Shown here one piece after another: positions 27,110-39,850 of a stretch of DNA of 64,000 bases. A program made the translations under genes and the position numbers. The notes beneath the pieces are model-generated. The model did no database searches, was not told the origin of the DNA, and worked only from the letters and a program-made list of their open reading frames with translations. How positions within the stretch are numbered: the stretch's first letter is position 1; each line of letters starts with the position of its first letter. This DNA comes from Trichosphaerium sp. ATCC 40318 (Eukaryota; Protista; Tubulinea): positions 1-64,000 of the forward strand of contig JALMLS010000452.1 of the NCBI GenBank assembly GCA_038496445.1, written 5' to 3'.

Positions 27110-28350
27110 ATATACTATAATACAAGTGTTTATTTTCACTGGGAGGAGTGTAAGGTAAAAACTCCTCTGTGGCACGAGGCCACGTTCGAAAAAACGTCCG
27201 GATCTGTTGTCGGAACATTAGAAACAACCAAATCAGACGCCATTTCTTAATCAAGTATACTATACGATCTACAGCTTTATCTATCTTTCATATACTGTCA
27301 TCTACGTCAAGAAGAACTAGGGTAAAATCCGTTAAAATGTACGCAAACGTCATACCTCGATTGGGAGGTTTTTTGAGGGATTTTTTTATTCATAAAATAA
27401 AAGGACGAAAGAGCTTCAGGTTTGTACCTCATTGGCATTGGTTATACCATTGTATAATCTCTGCTTCTATACGGTAAAGGAAGTGTAAATGTCTATTACT
27501 ACAATGAAGTTCTGGTTGAGGACACATACTAAGCACGTGATGCTACAAAAAGAAATCGAATCGTAAGAACTTTGTTACATGATTTTTGGAAATGAAGGTA
27601 TTGAGGACGGCTAAGAATTTCAAAAGGAAGAAGAAAGGGCCGACTTTGAAGTGCTTACCATGTAATTCGCCTTTTTCATAAACGCAACATATTGCTCACT
27701 CATCCGTTTATTCGGTGGTGTATTATTATGCACCCAGTTAAATATCGTCCTCAGCAACCCCTTCAATGGCTCCATTTCTCTCCACTAATATACATGAGAC
27801 AGAAGATAGGTTATAAAATACACTAGTAATTCAGTATTTCATAAAATTCTTTTTTTGTATTTTTTTTTTATTTCATTGGCTCCTTCTGTCTCTTCGTTCG
27901 TACTTTACGGAATATCATCTTAGCCACTTCATTACGATCATCAATACCTTGTGGCGCTCTTTGAATAGTTTGTGTTGCTGTTCTAATAGCTACTGGCTTT
28001 AAAACAGTACGAAAAGCGCTAGCTGTCTCTATGTTGCTTATTGATAGGTTTTTCATGTGGGACGTGCAGCTGTCTTTGTCTTGGTTTGACATTGTGATAG
28101 TGTATGCGCCGTCGCTGCCTTTCAAAGAGTGTGAATTAAAAAATTGAGAAACCTAAGAAATACTTATTGTGTTGAAAAACGCTACATTCGCGTACAAGGC
28201 GCATTTATAGCCAAAAGTATCTTCTGGTAAACCAGGATGGGTTTCCGCCGTATTAGTATTAGTTGGAATGTTACTCGCGTATCGAGGTATCTGTTCGCGT
28301 TTAAACGCGTGTGGAGAGGTTTCCGAAGGGTTTTATTAAAAATGTACCAT
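27110..28350 (-). CDS. Hypothetical spliced protein
   Basis: Exon-like open stretches (IPRYASNIPTN..FGYKCALYANV; AFRTVLKPVAIRTATQTIQRAPQGIDDRNEVAKMIFRK; WREMEPLKGLLRTIFNWVH) with canonical splice sites. No family recognised and the 3' end is uncertain. Confidence 0.45.
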
Positions 28351-29786
28351 TTCCTTTCAGTTTTTCCGTTATTGCTGGTTTTAAACGCAGAAAGAGACCA
28401 ATACCAATATTAACCTCGTTTGCGATAGTTTTAAGGAGAAATAAAAATATCACGCGAAAAGCGCACAGTTTTCGCAAATTTTCTCCTTCGCTCGTCACCC
28501 AAACCAGAAATCGGATCATTCGCTTTTATGCGCGCTGTAATAACCATTCCGGAATAAAAGGGAAGAAACCTTTCGTTTTGAGGAGAATTTAGCTTCTAGC
28601 AATGTGATAACGACGGGACACCTATGCAGTGCGTCAAAAAACGATATAGCGTATATGTGTTCACAAAAAAGCGAATGTCAAACGCACAAAGTAGTGTTTT
28701 TTCGCAAAAAGATTGCGAACATTTTGGCGTCAATTCAACGCTATGTACGTAATTTCAAGCGTTCTGTATACTTAGAGCAACATTCTTACATACCAGCAGA
28801 ACCTTAATAACGTTGTTACGAGGCTGCCAAAACGGTTCTCGTTTCCTAGTGCTAGCAAACTATTCTTACGTCTTCTCATTTTTTGAAACTGTTGCTGCCG
28901 CCATCATACGTACTATCTGTCCTCTATGTGGCATTGTCAGTAACGAATCTTCTCTACAAGAAGTACCAAAAGGCAGAGGGGCACCTGTGGTCGTTGGGAT
29001 TGCTGTATTATGGTGGTACAGCGTGGTTAGAATTAACGTAAACATAGGCGAAATCTAACTGAAATTTGTTGGGTATTTCAGGTGACCCTTACCTCTTTTT
29101 TAGACTTCTCAGGAATCTATGATTGATGTTTTATGTATCTACGATATGTCTAGTGTCGATAAAACTGCTTTTTAGATCTAAAAGGGACAACACACATTGT
29201 AACGAAGACTAAGAAAAATTTTGTTTATTTTTGTAAAGTAGCTGGAAATAGTCAGTTACAATGTGGGCTCTGGAACCCTTTTAGAAACGCTGGAACAAAC
29301 ATACGCACCTCTTTAATATATAAAGAAAGAACACAAAGCATGTGAGTTGTTGTAAGAGTCAGACAGGCAACACCGCAAGAGCAATAGATGAAGTTGTTTT
29401 GTTGTCTTTTGACATTGCTTTCAAAGCCTTCGTTGCAGGCTTGCGGCATTAGCTATAACTTTTCATTACATAAACTAAGACTAACCGCAATACCTCGGTG
29501 AACAAGGTTTTCGGAGTAGGTAGTATAAGAGTTTACAAGAAGCCATCAACGTTTGTACCTTCATGAAGGTTTGCCACGTTTCTGCGTACAACTTTTTTTG
29601 TTTATCTCCTTTTAATGACATCACACAAGAACGCTAGTGATTATACCGACAGGTTTTGTATGAGCGTTAACCAACACTATACAAACCATCGTTTGAACAC
29701 AATCAAAAATAGTGTGATGAGGCTATAAGCCTCTTTTTATTTATGTTTTACAAAACCACAATCAAACGCTAATGATTCTCAAACAA

Positions 29787-30948
29787 TCAGTTACAAAATT
29801 CAACCCAAGAATCCAAGCTGAGCTTCTTCTTTATACCCCTATAATGAACGTTAAAACGTGCTTTAATGCAAAAAAGAGGATAAGATCACGTGAAAGAGAT
29901 GACGAACGACGTACGAGAATTTGTTTTTCTTCGCTTCTGGGCAAAACTTTGATGTGTTCTCACTATATTCACACTCGAATACAGCTTTTCCTTGAACAAT
30001 AAAAGGATCGTACGTGTTGCATTCGTTATATTGAAAGCATTGTTCATTAAGACACCAGTCAAAGTGTGAAACGAGATCTTTGACTTGGTCATTGTCATTT
30101 TTAAGGCCAATAGACATGTTTCTCTTATGAACTTGCTCTGTCAACCAGATATTATACTTTAGTTGATCAGCATATGTTAAAGGAAAGCCTAAGTTTACAT
30201 TACAAAGGAACCAAGGACAAGAAAAATAGTTGAAACCTAACATAAATGGCAACGAATAGTTCGGTGGTTTTTTTTTCTAAATTTGTCCGAGATGTCACGT
30301 GTTTGCCTTCAGCGAACATCCTTTAGTTTGAGGATGCGTTTGATAAAACATACCAGATGGGTTCGTATAACCATCAATATTATCAGGCTCAATACCATCA
30401 CAGTTCTTGGCAACAGCCATATCGAATCTTTTTTCCATGATTGGTCCAAGCACTTCAATCTAAAACACCTTTGTAAGTTATTACTTATCTCCCGCCACCA
30501 CAGAACTCACGTTACGTATATCTAACCACTTTTCTCCTGGCCATCCGTTATCCTTACCTTTAACGCTTTCTGGAAAGGTAGACGCGTCTGGACGCCAATT
30601 CTCCCAAGAACCAACGTCAATGTAACAAACGACGTAACGTCCTTTTTCGTGAAGTTCTTTAATCAAACTAGCGTCATTTGAGAACATATCAATATCATAC
30701 ATATCCACTACAACGAAGTTGACAAACAAGCGAGATGACACAGCAGAACAAAAAAAAAACGAAAACAAAATTACCGTTAACACTAGTATTAATAGTGCCT
30801 TGAAGTTGCCATTGCCACGTGGTGCCAACCGGTAACGGTTTCCATCTACTTAAAAGTTAGCAGAATAGTTCGTTTTTTTCTTTCAATGTGGTTACGCTAG
30901 TGATAGTGCTAAAAGAACAAGAAAGATCAACAGTACTTTACACGTCAT
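29787..30948 (-). CDS. Secreted glycoside hydrolase family 114 (endo-alpha-1,4-galactosaminidase-like)
   Basis: Signal peptide; WQWQLQG; YDIDMF; YVVCYIDVGSWENWRPD; GWPGEKWLDIR; CDGIEPDNIDGY; IGLKND; DWCLNEQCFQYNEC; GKAVFECEY. Confidence 0.9.
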
Positions 30949-31529
30949 TTGATGCTTCTTTACTCGTTATCTAAAAGATAGTGCCTTAACTGCAAGCAAA
31001 CCACGAAAAGTTGACCTTACTTGCTAGATGCGTTAGACACAGCCGCCTTGAGATTCATGTGGTAGTGTTAGACCTTTGGTGCTTTTTTACTTCAAATGGA
31101 GTATGTAATGCACACACGTACCTTCTACGCGTAGAGAATATTGTTTAGAGTATTTAAACTTGTTTTTAGGGAGTAATCCACTTTTTTGAACCAAAAAACG
31201 TTGTTCAACATGCATAGCTTCAGTTTTCACATAAATGGAACTGTTCATGTGTCACGTAATACTCAGACATCATAAAAGAGTGCACTGCTTTAAAAATTGT
31301 TACTTTCCCGTTTAGGCAACAGCAAGACCGTAACTTATGCTACTAGTTTTTTTTGCCTCACCGCATCTTATTCCACATAATCCTTTTAAAGTGTATGTTA
31401 AAGCTATTAAGCGTTTGTGGCATGCTTACGTAATCTGGCTCTACACTTCATGACGTTGAAATCGTCTGTACATTCATTCCCACAACCATTTTTTTATTTA
31501 TTTTGATTATGTTTGTTTTTTGTTGCGTT

Positions 31530-34500
31530 TTACATTGTAAGTACATTAGGTAATGCACCGTTAGACTCTCCAGCAACAGAAGTATCAGTATCAGGTATAA
31601 ACTCAGGATTTGGTTTTATAACACCATTATTCTCAACGTCTATTGGATAACGCATCAAATGACCTGACATCTCAACTACTTCATCTCCAGCAAATAACTT
31701 CCAGTTAGCATCAGCATGATTGTTCATCTGTAAAGAAAGGGAGTTTGTATTAGTAACTGGAAGAGGAATCAAACCATTCAAGGCACGTACTTTATCAACA
31801 CATTCTTTCGTTGTAGGATCTACATAAACAGCACCAGACTCAGCAAGATGTTCAGACCAAAGAGACATTCTGAATTTATGAACATCACCACGTGGTGCAC
31901 TAGAATCTAAACACGGAACAAATCAATCTCTAGCTAATAATAAAAGGTAGCGTACCTTTCCACATTGGTTGGTAGCAACCGACGGCAATCTCGCTAACAA
32001 AACAGTCAGGTTAACTGAAAACAACAGGCGAGAGAAATAAAAATTTGAATAAAAAATCTATGACTTACGTATCTCTAGCACCATCCATACTACGTTGGTT
32101 AATGTTGGCAGAGCCAACGATGATATATTTATCATCTACGATCATCATCTTTGAATGAACGTACACCTGGAACCTTCTACTCTACAAGGGAACAGTAAGC
32201 ACAACACGATCTGTCTTCAGGATTTTTTGTAATCGCCATATGCCTGAGCTGGCCTCTTCGTACTCAGGCTATGTTTAAATTACGTACTTGGGTGAGTGTA
32301 ACTTGCGCTTTATCTAGTGTATCTTCATTATCGATAGGACCTCCCTGGGATCCATCCATAGTCTCCCTATTACCCAAACAATAAAAGTTGAGGTAATCCT
32401 TAGGGTGTGCGTCAATAGACGCTTCTTCAATAGCATCAGCTACCATCTTGTACATCATGGCTAATCACAAAAAGTAAGAGACTAAGAATACCCAAAAACA
32501 TGGCCAAAAGAGTGGTTTTCGAAAACAAAAGAAAAAACCAACATTGAAGAGTTAATCTTTAAGATTTCAACATTAGTAACACATACCTTGAGTCTTATGC
32601 TCCCAGTGTAGGATCTCCTGGATAGCAGAATCCTTAGGTACGCCCTCAGGGTACATTGGAATAACTAGACATAAATCAGTGGTTGTTACACAACCAAATA
32701 AAATCGTGTACAATTTCGTTTACATACCGATATACACTTTGAAGTCTTCTCCTTTCTTGATTGCATCAACGATTCTTTTAGCAATAGTATAAGGGATAAG
32801 TTGCTCACAACCTGATTGAGGATCAAGCCAGTATTGGGAACTACCCAAAAAGTACTGGTTCTCAATATAAATGAACTTTTCAGCCTTTTTAATGACATCT
32901 AAGTAAGCTTCATGAATACTGCTTTCAACACCTTTTGCAAACAGTTTAGCTAACAGCTTCGAAAAAAATAACTGTTATATCGACTACCTTGCATTACAGC
33001 ACTAAATTGATCAATAGAACGGAACATTTGGACACTCCAATTAGTAGGGTCTAATAAAACAAATGAGAAAAGAAGAAGGCAAAAATTTTGTACCAGTGTT
33101 AACATCTTCACTCACACTAATGAATCTTTCATCAAACTCAATCTACATTAGGATTTAGTTTTGAAAACAGACTAAAGATAGAGAACGTACATCAATCAAT
33201 TTGTTATGATGTTTCTCTTCTGCTTGTTTTCTCCAGCGTTGAACGAAATTGTCCATAATATCACGTGCAATAGGACCTTCTAACTAAACACAAACAAATC
33301 TTGAGTATACAAGTGTACGCTATCACGTGAACCAAAAAGCATCATTTACCTTGGTATGAATATCTTGCCAAGGTTGTCTAGGACCATAGTCGCTTTTAAT
33401 TGTAGGCCAAGTCTTTGATCTAGTTAGTTTCTAACTCTTCGACAAAAAAAAGCAAACAACATAGTTGTCGTACTTGATAAAAATCACCGCTGTGCTCGCT
33501 CTTTAATGAACGGAATAGTGATTTACTTGGTGTATCCCATCTACCATCACTATGAGAATTATTAGAAAAGTTGTCACCATAATCAAGGCTCATTGTCGCA
33601 CGTTATATCCTAGTAACAGTCAGATAAAACAAAATTGTAAAGATCAACAAATAAAAAACTTACCAGTCCTCCTACATAAGCAATGATACGTCTCTTGCCT
33701 TCGTGTTTTGGACTCTCTTCATCACAAGTAATAGTTTTCTGGTGATGAGAGAATATAAAACGAGATGAGACTTGAGAACCAAGGCGATAAGATAGCTGAC
33801 AAAGAACTTTCGTGTCTTTAAAGTAGGTTTCAGTCTCTTCATCATGAGTACCCATAATACCATCATACAAGAAGAGCCTGATGACAATGGTAAGTTGAAT
33901 TGAATGAACGATATTAAAACGCAGTTACAAGAGTACCTAGTATGCATACTAGTAGCTTCATTCCAAACATGAATAAGAACTTTGACACCTTCATTTGCCT
34001 TCATGGTGAGTAATTCACCAACAGTCATACGACCAGGGTACTTTCCTTTATCTCCTTTTTGAAATGATTAACAACAAACCATCATTTATAACTGAACTAA
34101 AGATGAGTTATGGGTACCTTCACGCCACATTGGTTTTTTACGCAGCAAACTTGTGTTTACATTTACGGACCTACCACAAAAATTAAGCAACAATAAAACT
34201 TGTCCTAGCGGCAAATGTGTTATAACGAACCATCCAGTGATGTAAATAAAAGCTTTGGCATTTAGCATAGAACTGTACATATCTTCAAAAGTACTATGAG
34301 GGTGGTACTAGGATAAAACAGTTTAGTTGTCAAGCCAACCAAAAAAAACCGCAAAGGAAAAAATATAGAGAAGTGACAAGCAGTCGTACTGGCTCAGAAT
34401 CTCCATCAGCTTGGTAAATAGGAGGAGCACAATCTTGTTCATCGCAATGAGCACTTTGATATAATCTAACATTACACCCTTCTCTCACAGGAAAGCCGTT

Positions 34501-35221
34501 TGAAATCTGAAAGGAAGAAAACATCAGTTTATGTTGATTTGCACCAAAAGTGATGAGAATTTCATATAAGGGTCTTTAGTAAACGCTCTACGCACTGCAA
34601 TCTCATCGTGGATGTATTGGATAGTGAGGTTGATGCGTCCACCTTCGTGTTTCTTTTTCTTCGTTTGAAGATCAAACCAACCTTGGATTATCTTTGCTAT
34701 GATAACAGTGAGCGTAGGGTAGCTATAAAATGATAAAAACACTTCGAAGTGGAGAAACGACAGTAGGCAAACATAGAACAGAGAAATGATACTTCGTAGC
34801 GCGTTGATGCGTATTTTAGCTAAACTAGCGGAGAAGCTAAAGTACCTTCTACAATTTGTTCCATTGTGAACGTTATATGGCCGAGAGAGTCATCGCGACC
34901 AACGTCATCATCATCGTATACTTCAAAAGCCAACGTTTCGCATGATGCTTTAGCGGGAATGTTGAATACTTTTGTATAGTTAATAACACTTGTTACGAGC
35001 GATAGAAAGTTTTTTATAAAGTACTGGTTTCGGTGTTTACCTGTGTCCCATATTGGGTTTCCAGTGTTGTTTTTTATGTCTGTTTTAGCCTCTGTGTGCC
35101 CATCAACGACTATCTTGCAATAAGGGTCGGAGTGTCCGCCACCGAAACCGTCCCTGTTCGGTAAATCTACACAACGTTCAACGCTTATATAAAAGCGACC
35201 ATTAGACTCCGCCAAGCTCAT
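31530..35221 (-). CDS. PLD: C2-domain phospholipase D (plant PLD-alpha-like; many introns)
   Basis: N-terminal C2 ([29 protein letters not shown]). HKD1 [10 protein letters not shown]; [10 protein letters not shown]; [12 protein letters not shown]; HKD2 [26 protein letters not shown]; PLD C-terminal [22 protein letters not shown]. Confidence 0.92.
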
Positions 35222-35299
35222 TTTGTAACGTCAGTTCAGAATAAATCGAGACTTAACGGTAAATTAAGATTTTGTGGTTTTTTTTGTTGTTGAGCTGTT

Positions 35300-38200
35300 A
35301 TGGAGAAACGTCGAGTTCTAGACCTCGGAGAATTGGCTAAGGTCATCCGAAAACATCCAAAACAGCATTACAATGATTTTCTGGCGAATTTACGTCTTTA
35401 TCAAACACAACTACAGGTTTTCTTGTTAAATCCCAAGAACAAGGATGTAAAGGCGCTTGTTAAGCTTATAAATTTTCTTTCGAATGTACGCAATTTTTCT
35501 CACTTGTAAAACTTCAAACGACGCATTATTCGCGTCATTTGGTCCGTTTACAGTAATTGTAAGGTGTTCAACAATTCAGCAATCTTGACGCCTCAAAAAT
35601 TATTTACACCAAATTAACGCATACCATAGGTCGCCGATTGCTACCCAAAGGATCTCAAGGAGTTTCCGAACCAGATTGGACAACTGCTCGAACAAAATTG
35701 TATGCTTCTTGAAACAAGGCTTCGCCATGCGCTCGTTAGGTGCTTGTGCTTGCTACGTAATCGTAATTTGCTCCCTGCATTCCCGTACGAATAGATTCTT
35801 TACATTCTGTCAAAACGCAGCCTACAAACATAAAATACGCCATAATAAACAACCTCATCACTAATTACTTTCTTTAGTGTACTTGAGCTATTCTTCAGAC
35901 TGTTTCCAGTTCATGATAAACAAATGCGTGATATTATGCGTGGACACATCACTGGCGATATATCTAAGATGGGTACGCCTTTTGAGCAACAAATAAATAC
36001 AAGAAATGGACACAAAAAAATAAAGTCCAGTCTGAGTGCTCTTCATTAACACGTCCTAGCGCGCAAATCATCGGATCAACAGATGAAAAAATTACAAAAT
36101 TTCTTGAGTAAAATCCTTCAGAGCGAGCAACACATCAGTACGTATCCTACAAGTTCAAACAAATACATTGAGCGATTAAAAAAAAAACAATCCAAAAAAA
36201 TTGACAATTGTCAAAGAGTAATCTCTTCTTTGAATTTTTGCCTATTTTTCGTTACATGACATTAACTGTTACTCTCAGGTGCTCGACAAGCATTGCAAAT
36301 ATTAAAGGATTTGTTTAAGAGAGGTGTATGGCGTAATGAACGTAATGTCAATGCGATTAAGCTTGGTGCTTTCTCAAAAGATACAAAAGTAATGGTCAGC
36401 ACTCTTAAGTTCTTCTTGAGCGCTTCTGGCGAAGAAGAACCAGCAAAGAAGCCTGTACGTTCTACGCCACTACTCTCATCGATTATGTATCAATATTCAG
36501 AGCCACTATGTCGACCTACAACTCAATACTACGCTAGCTGACATTTTCTTTTAGGAAATCTTATCAGTTAAGGACATTGAACGCCTTGGTTTAAGAAAAG
36601 GTATTGCTGGTAAAAATAAAAAGAGACGTAGAAAGTATGCCAAGATGATGCACGAACGTAAAAAGGTACACATGAGTTTTATTGAAGTCAAAAAGGAAGA
36701 AAAACGTTTCATTCTCCAAAAAAAGACGTGGAAAAAACCAGTTTTCTGACGTACTACAATCAAGGGTCTTGAAGCTGTATTCAACTGGCAAACAAATGAA
36801 ACATTACATTTCAACCAAGCCGCTGTCCGAATGATTAATGATCCTCAAGGTACTTCAGTAGGCTTGGTTTGTTTTTTTTTTGCTTATTTTTTTAAAGAGT
36901 ACACTGCAAAGTTGTTTGCTGCTCTAAGGAGATCTAATGAGCGTTTTGAAGTAAAGATATTATATATGAATATGGTATCTCGTATGTTAAGTGTACACAA
37001 AGTGCTATTGATCAAATGGTACCCATGGTTGCAGAAATACGTCATTCCAGGTCAAAAACGTAAGAAAAAACCTTGATACCTTCTGGTCACAAAACTCACT
37101 TTCAATAGATATTACTGTACTATTGGGTATTGTAGCACAGTCTTCACATGAAAGAATAGATCCAGAAGTTATGCAACCTCTGTTAAAGCAAGTTGTGTGT
37201 CAATTCATTGATGAAAAGCGTCCAGACGTTATGATTGCAGTCGGGTATGTTTTTTTTTTGGTATTTTTTGTCTGAGAACACGTGATAACATTTTTAATAG
37301 ATTAAATACAGTGAGAGAGATGTGTGTACGTGCACCATTACTCATGGATGAAACATTATTGGGTGATTTAGTTCAATACGCTAAAAATAAAAATCAACGT
37401 GCGTTTTGATTTTTTTTATTTTTTATGTAAGTACTGTACTTCATCTCTGACGTCATTGTTTTAGGTATTAGCGCTGCAGCTAAATCCTTAGTAACACTAT
37501 TTCGTGTCGTTAATCCTTCGCTATTGCCATCAAGGCTCAGAGTACGCTTGACAGTGTTTTTTTTTGTAGTTTAAATCTATTAAACTCTGTTTAGAATAAA
37601 AAGAGCGATGAGCGTTATGATGATATGAAAGACTTCGAATTTGGTCAAGAAGAGAATAAAGGAGAGCGTGCTATCGATGGTATCGAACTATTAGAGCATT
37701 ACGAACTCATGGAAGAGATCAAAAGAGGTAAAACTACTTAGTTTTTTTTTTTTCTGAAAAGATTCCGTTTTTTGTTTCCTTCAAATCAGCTCCAAGGCTC
37801 ACAGTGTGTTTAGAAAAACAAGCGCTTATTGAAGATAGAAGAAACGCTAAAAAAGAGGGTTTCTTGAAGAAAAAGGCGGAGAAACAGGCTGAAGGCGATG
37901 AAAACGGTGTAGCTGATGAGAATGTTTCTATGATACGTCCTAAGACAAATAAAGAGTCTGTAAGCGACGCTATTGATAGAGTGGTCGCTAATTTCGACAA
38001 CAAGAGGAAAAAGGGGTACTACAAGCGGTTTTTTTTTCAAGCGAAATACAAAAGAGCTTTTTTTTTTTTTGAAATAATTTTCTGCTTTTGGTTGTTTGTG
38101 GGTTTTTGTGTTATCCACTCGGTTTCTAACTTCATTTAGTATCATGTCAACATCACGTGTAATCTATGAAAGAGATGATGAAGTTATTGGAGATGCTGTT

Positions 38201-39322
38201 ATTGTTAATTCTGATGAAGATAGACTTGGCAATGATGACTTTTTTGTCGAGGACAAAGGTCCAACACTTGTTGAAGAAGATGATGAAAGCGAGGAAGAAG
38301 TACAAGAGGAACAAGAGAGAGCATGGATACCTCTTGAACAGAGAAGAGTACGTCATAATACTGCCAGTAATCTTTTTTTTGACAAACTTTTCATTTGCCA
38401 TTGCTATTTGGAAAATCGCGTTGACACTCTTCGTAGATCCTCACAGACGAAGATTTGTCTAAAATTAAGATGCTTAAAGAGCTACAACGAAGGAAAAAGA
38501 TGGCAGCCAAGGGTAAACTCAATAGCACACAAGCGAGGTAAGAGGTCACTAAGAAAGTTATGCCTACTTTTTTTTTTGGCAGTAAAAGACGTACTTTCTT
38601 TATTCTCTTTTTCCTCTTTGCTGTGACTCACGTATAATAGAATGGAAGAAGAACTAGCAGCTATAAGAGAAGAGCGTCAGCGTATTCAAGACGGAGAAGG
38701 TATGTTTATTTCTCCTTTGGGCGAGTGACACAAGCGTCGAACTTTTGGTTCACAATCTTTTTTTTGTGTTTTTGTTTTGGCTTCTTTTCTCACCTTTTTG
38801 CGTTTCCAGATGACGTCGATATCGACTTTGAAACAGTAGTAACACGCCAACAAAAAAGAGAGAACACAGCGGAGATACGTGCTGCTAAAAAAGAGGAGCG
38901 CGAAGCCAATAAAAGAACAAAGCAGAGCGGTTTTCAGTTTTCCTCCACGAACCAAGTACGGTTTTTTCTTTTTTCTTGAAAGCCATCAATCAATGCGATG
39001 GCGTCCGTTGTGCGAATACAAGGCTAACATTCTCTTAAAGGATAAAAAAAAGAACCATCAGTACACGATGATAAAACACAGTCACAAGGTTAACAATAAG
39101 CGAAAGAATGCTCGTATTGATAACAGTTCGAAAAAAAGAATAAAGGTAAGTTCAAGACGCATTTTTATTTTTCCTTTCAGTTTTGAGGCCCTGTGTTCTC
39201 TTTAATCTCGACTTTGTGTTTCCAATTATGTAGCCCATGTACTTACACACCTATAGAGACAATTTGGCGGACACACAAAGAAACGTGCGTTTGGTGCTGG
39301 TCCAAAAAATCAAAATCATTGA
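35300..39322 (+). CDS. SDA1: SDA1/SDAD1 60S ribosome biogenesis protein (spliced)
   Basis: IRKHPKQHYNDFL; VADCYPKDLKEFPNQI; LRHALVRCLCLLRNR; LFKRGVWRNERNVNAI; MINDPQEYTAKLF; VGLNTVREMCVRAPLLM; acidic region; SSTN..KKKNHQYTMIKH. Confidence 0.9.
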
Positions 39323-39850
39323 TAAGACTGTTGTGCACACCTATTGGGAGCCTGTCTTCCCCATTTTAATCCAATTTTACTATCGTGGCGTTATTATTAT
39401 CAGTTCAAATTGCACAATCGCTGCAAACGAGTCTCAGAAAGAGAGAAATGTAAAAAAAATAAAAAACATAAAACTTTCACCTTCCTTGGAGTTTTTTCGT
39501 TCACACGTACTGCATAGAATCCAAGACCCGAAAAACAATCATTTCTATCTCTTGAACAAAACGTGACAAAATTATAAATCACGTGATAATTTTTTTACAC
39601 GGCTAGCTTCAAATAGTAAAGAAATGCTTCTAGTTCGATAAAGCGTGTGTAACTAAGGTGAAACCGACGCTGTTTTTTTCTGTCAAGGCGAGCCGTGCAC
39701 AGTGCTTAAGATATTTTCTGAACAAAAAAATCAATAGCGCTCACATTAGCGCAACAAGCTTTATTCAAAAAAACTTCTATTCGCCCACATACACGTGGCT
39801 AGATGGACGTACGCTGTTTTTTTCTCGCTAATTTTTTTTTATTTATTTTG

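Noticed and set aside
28400-29700. Short ORFs between the hypothetical gene and GH114
   Set aside because: No consistent splice model or recognisable motif.
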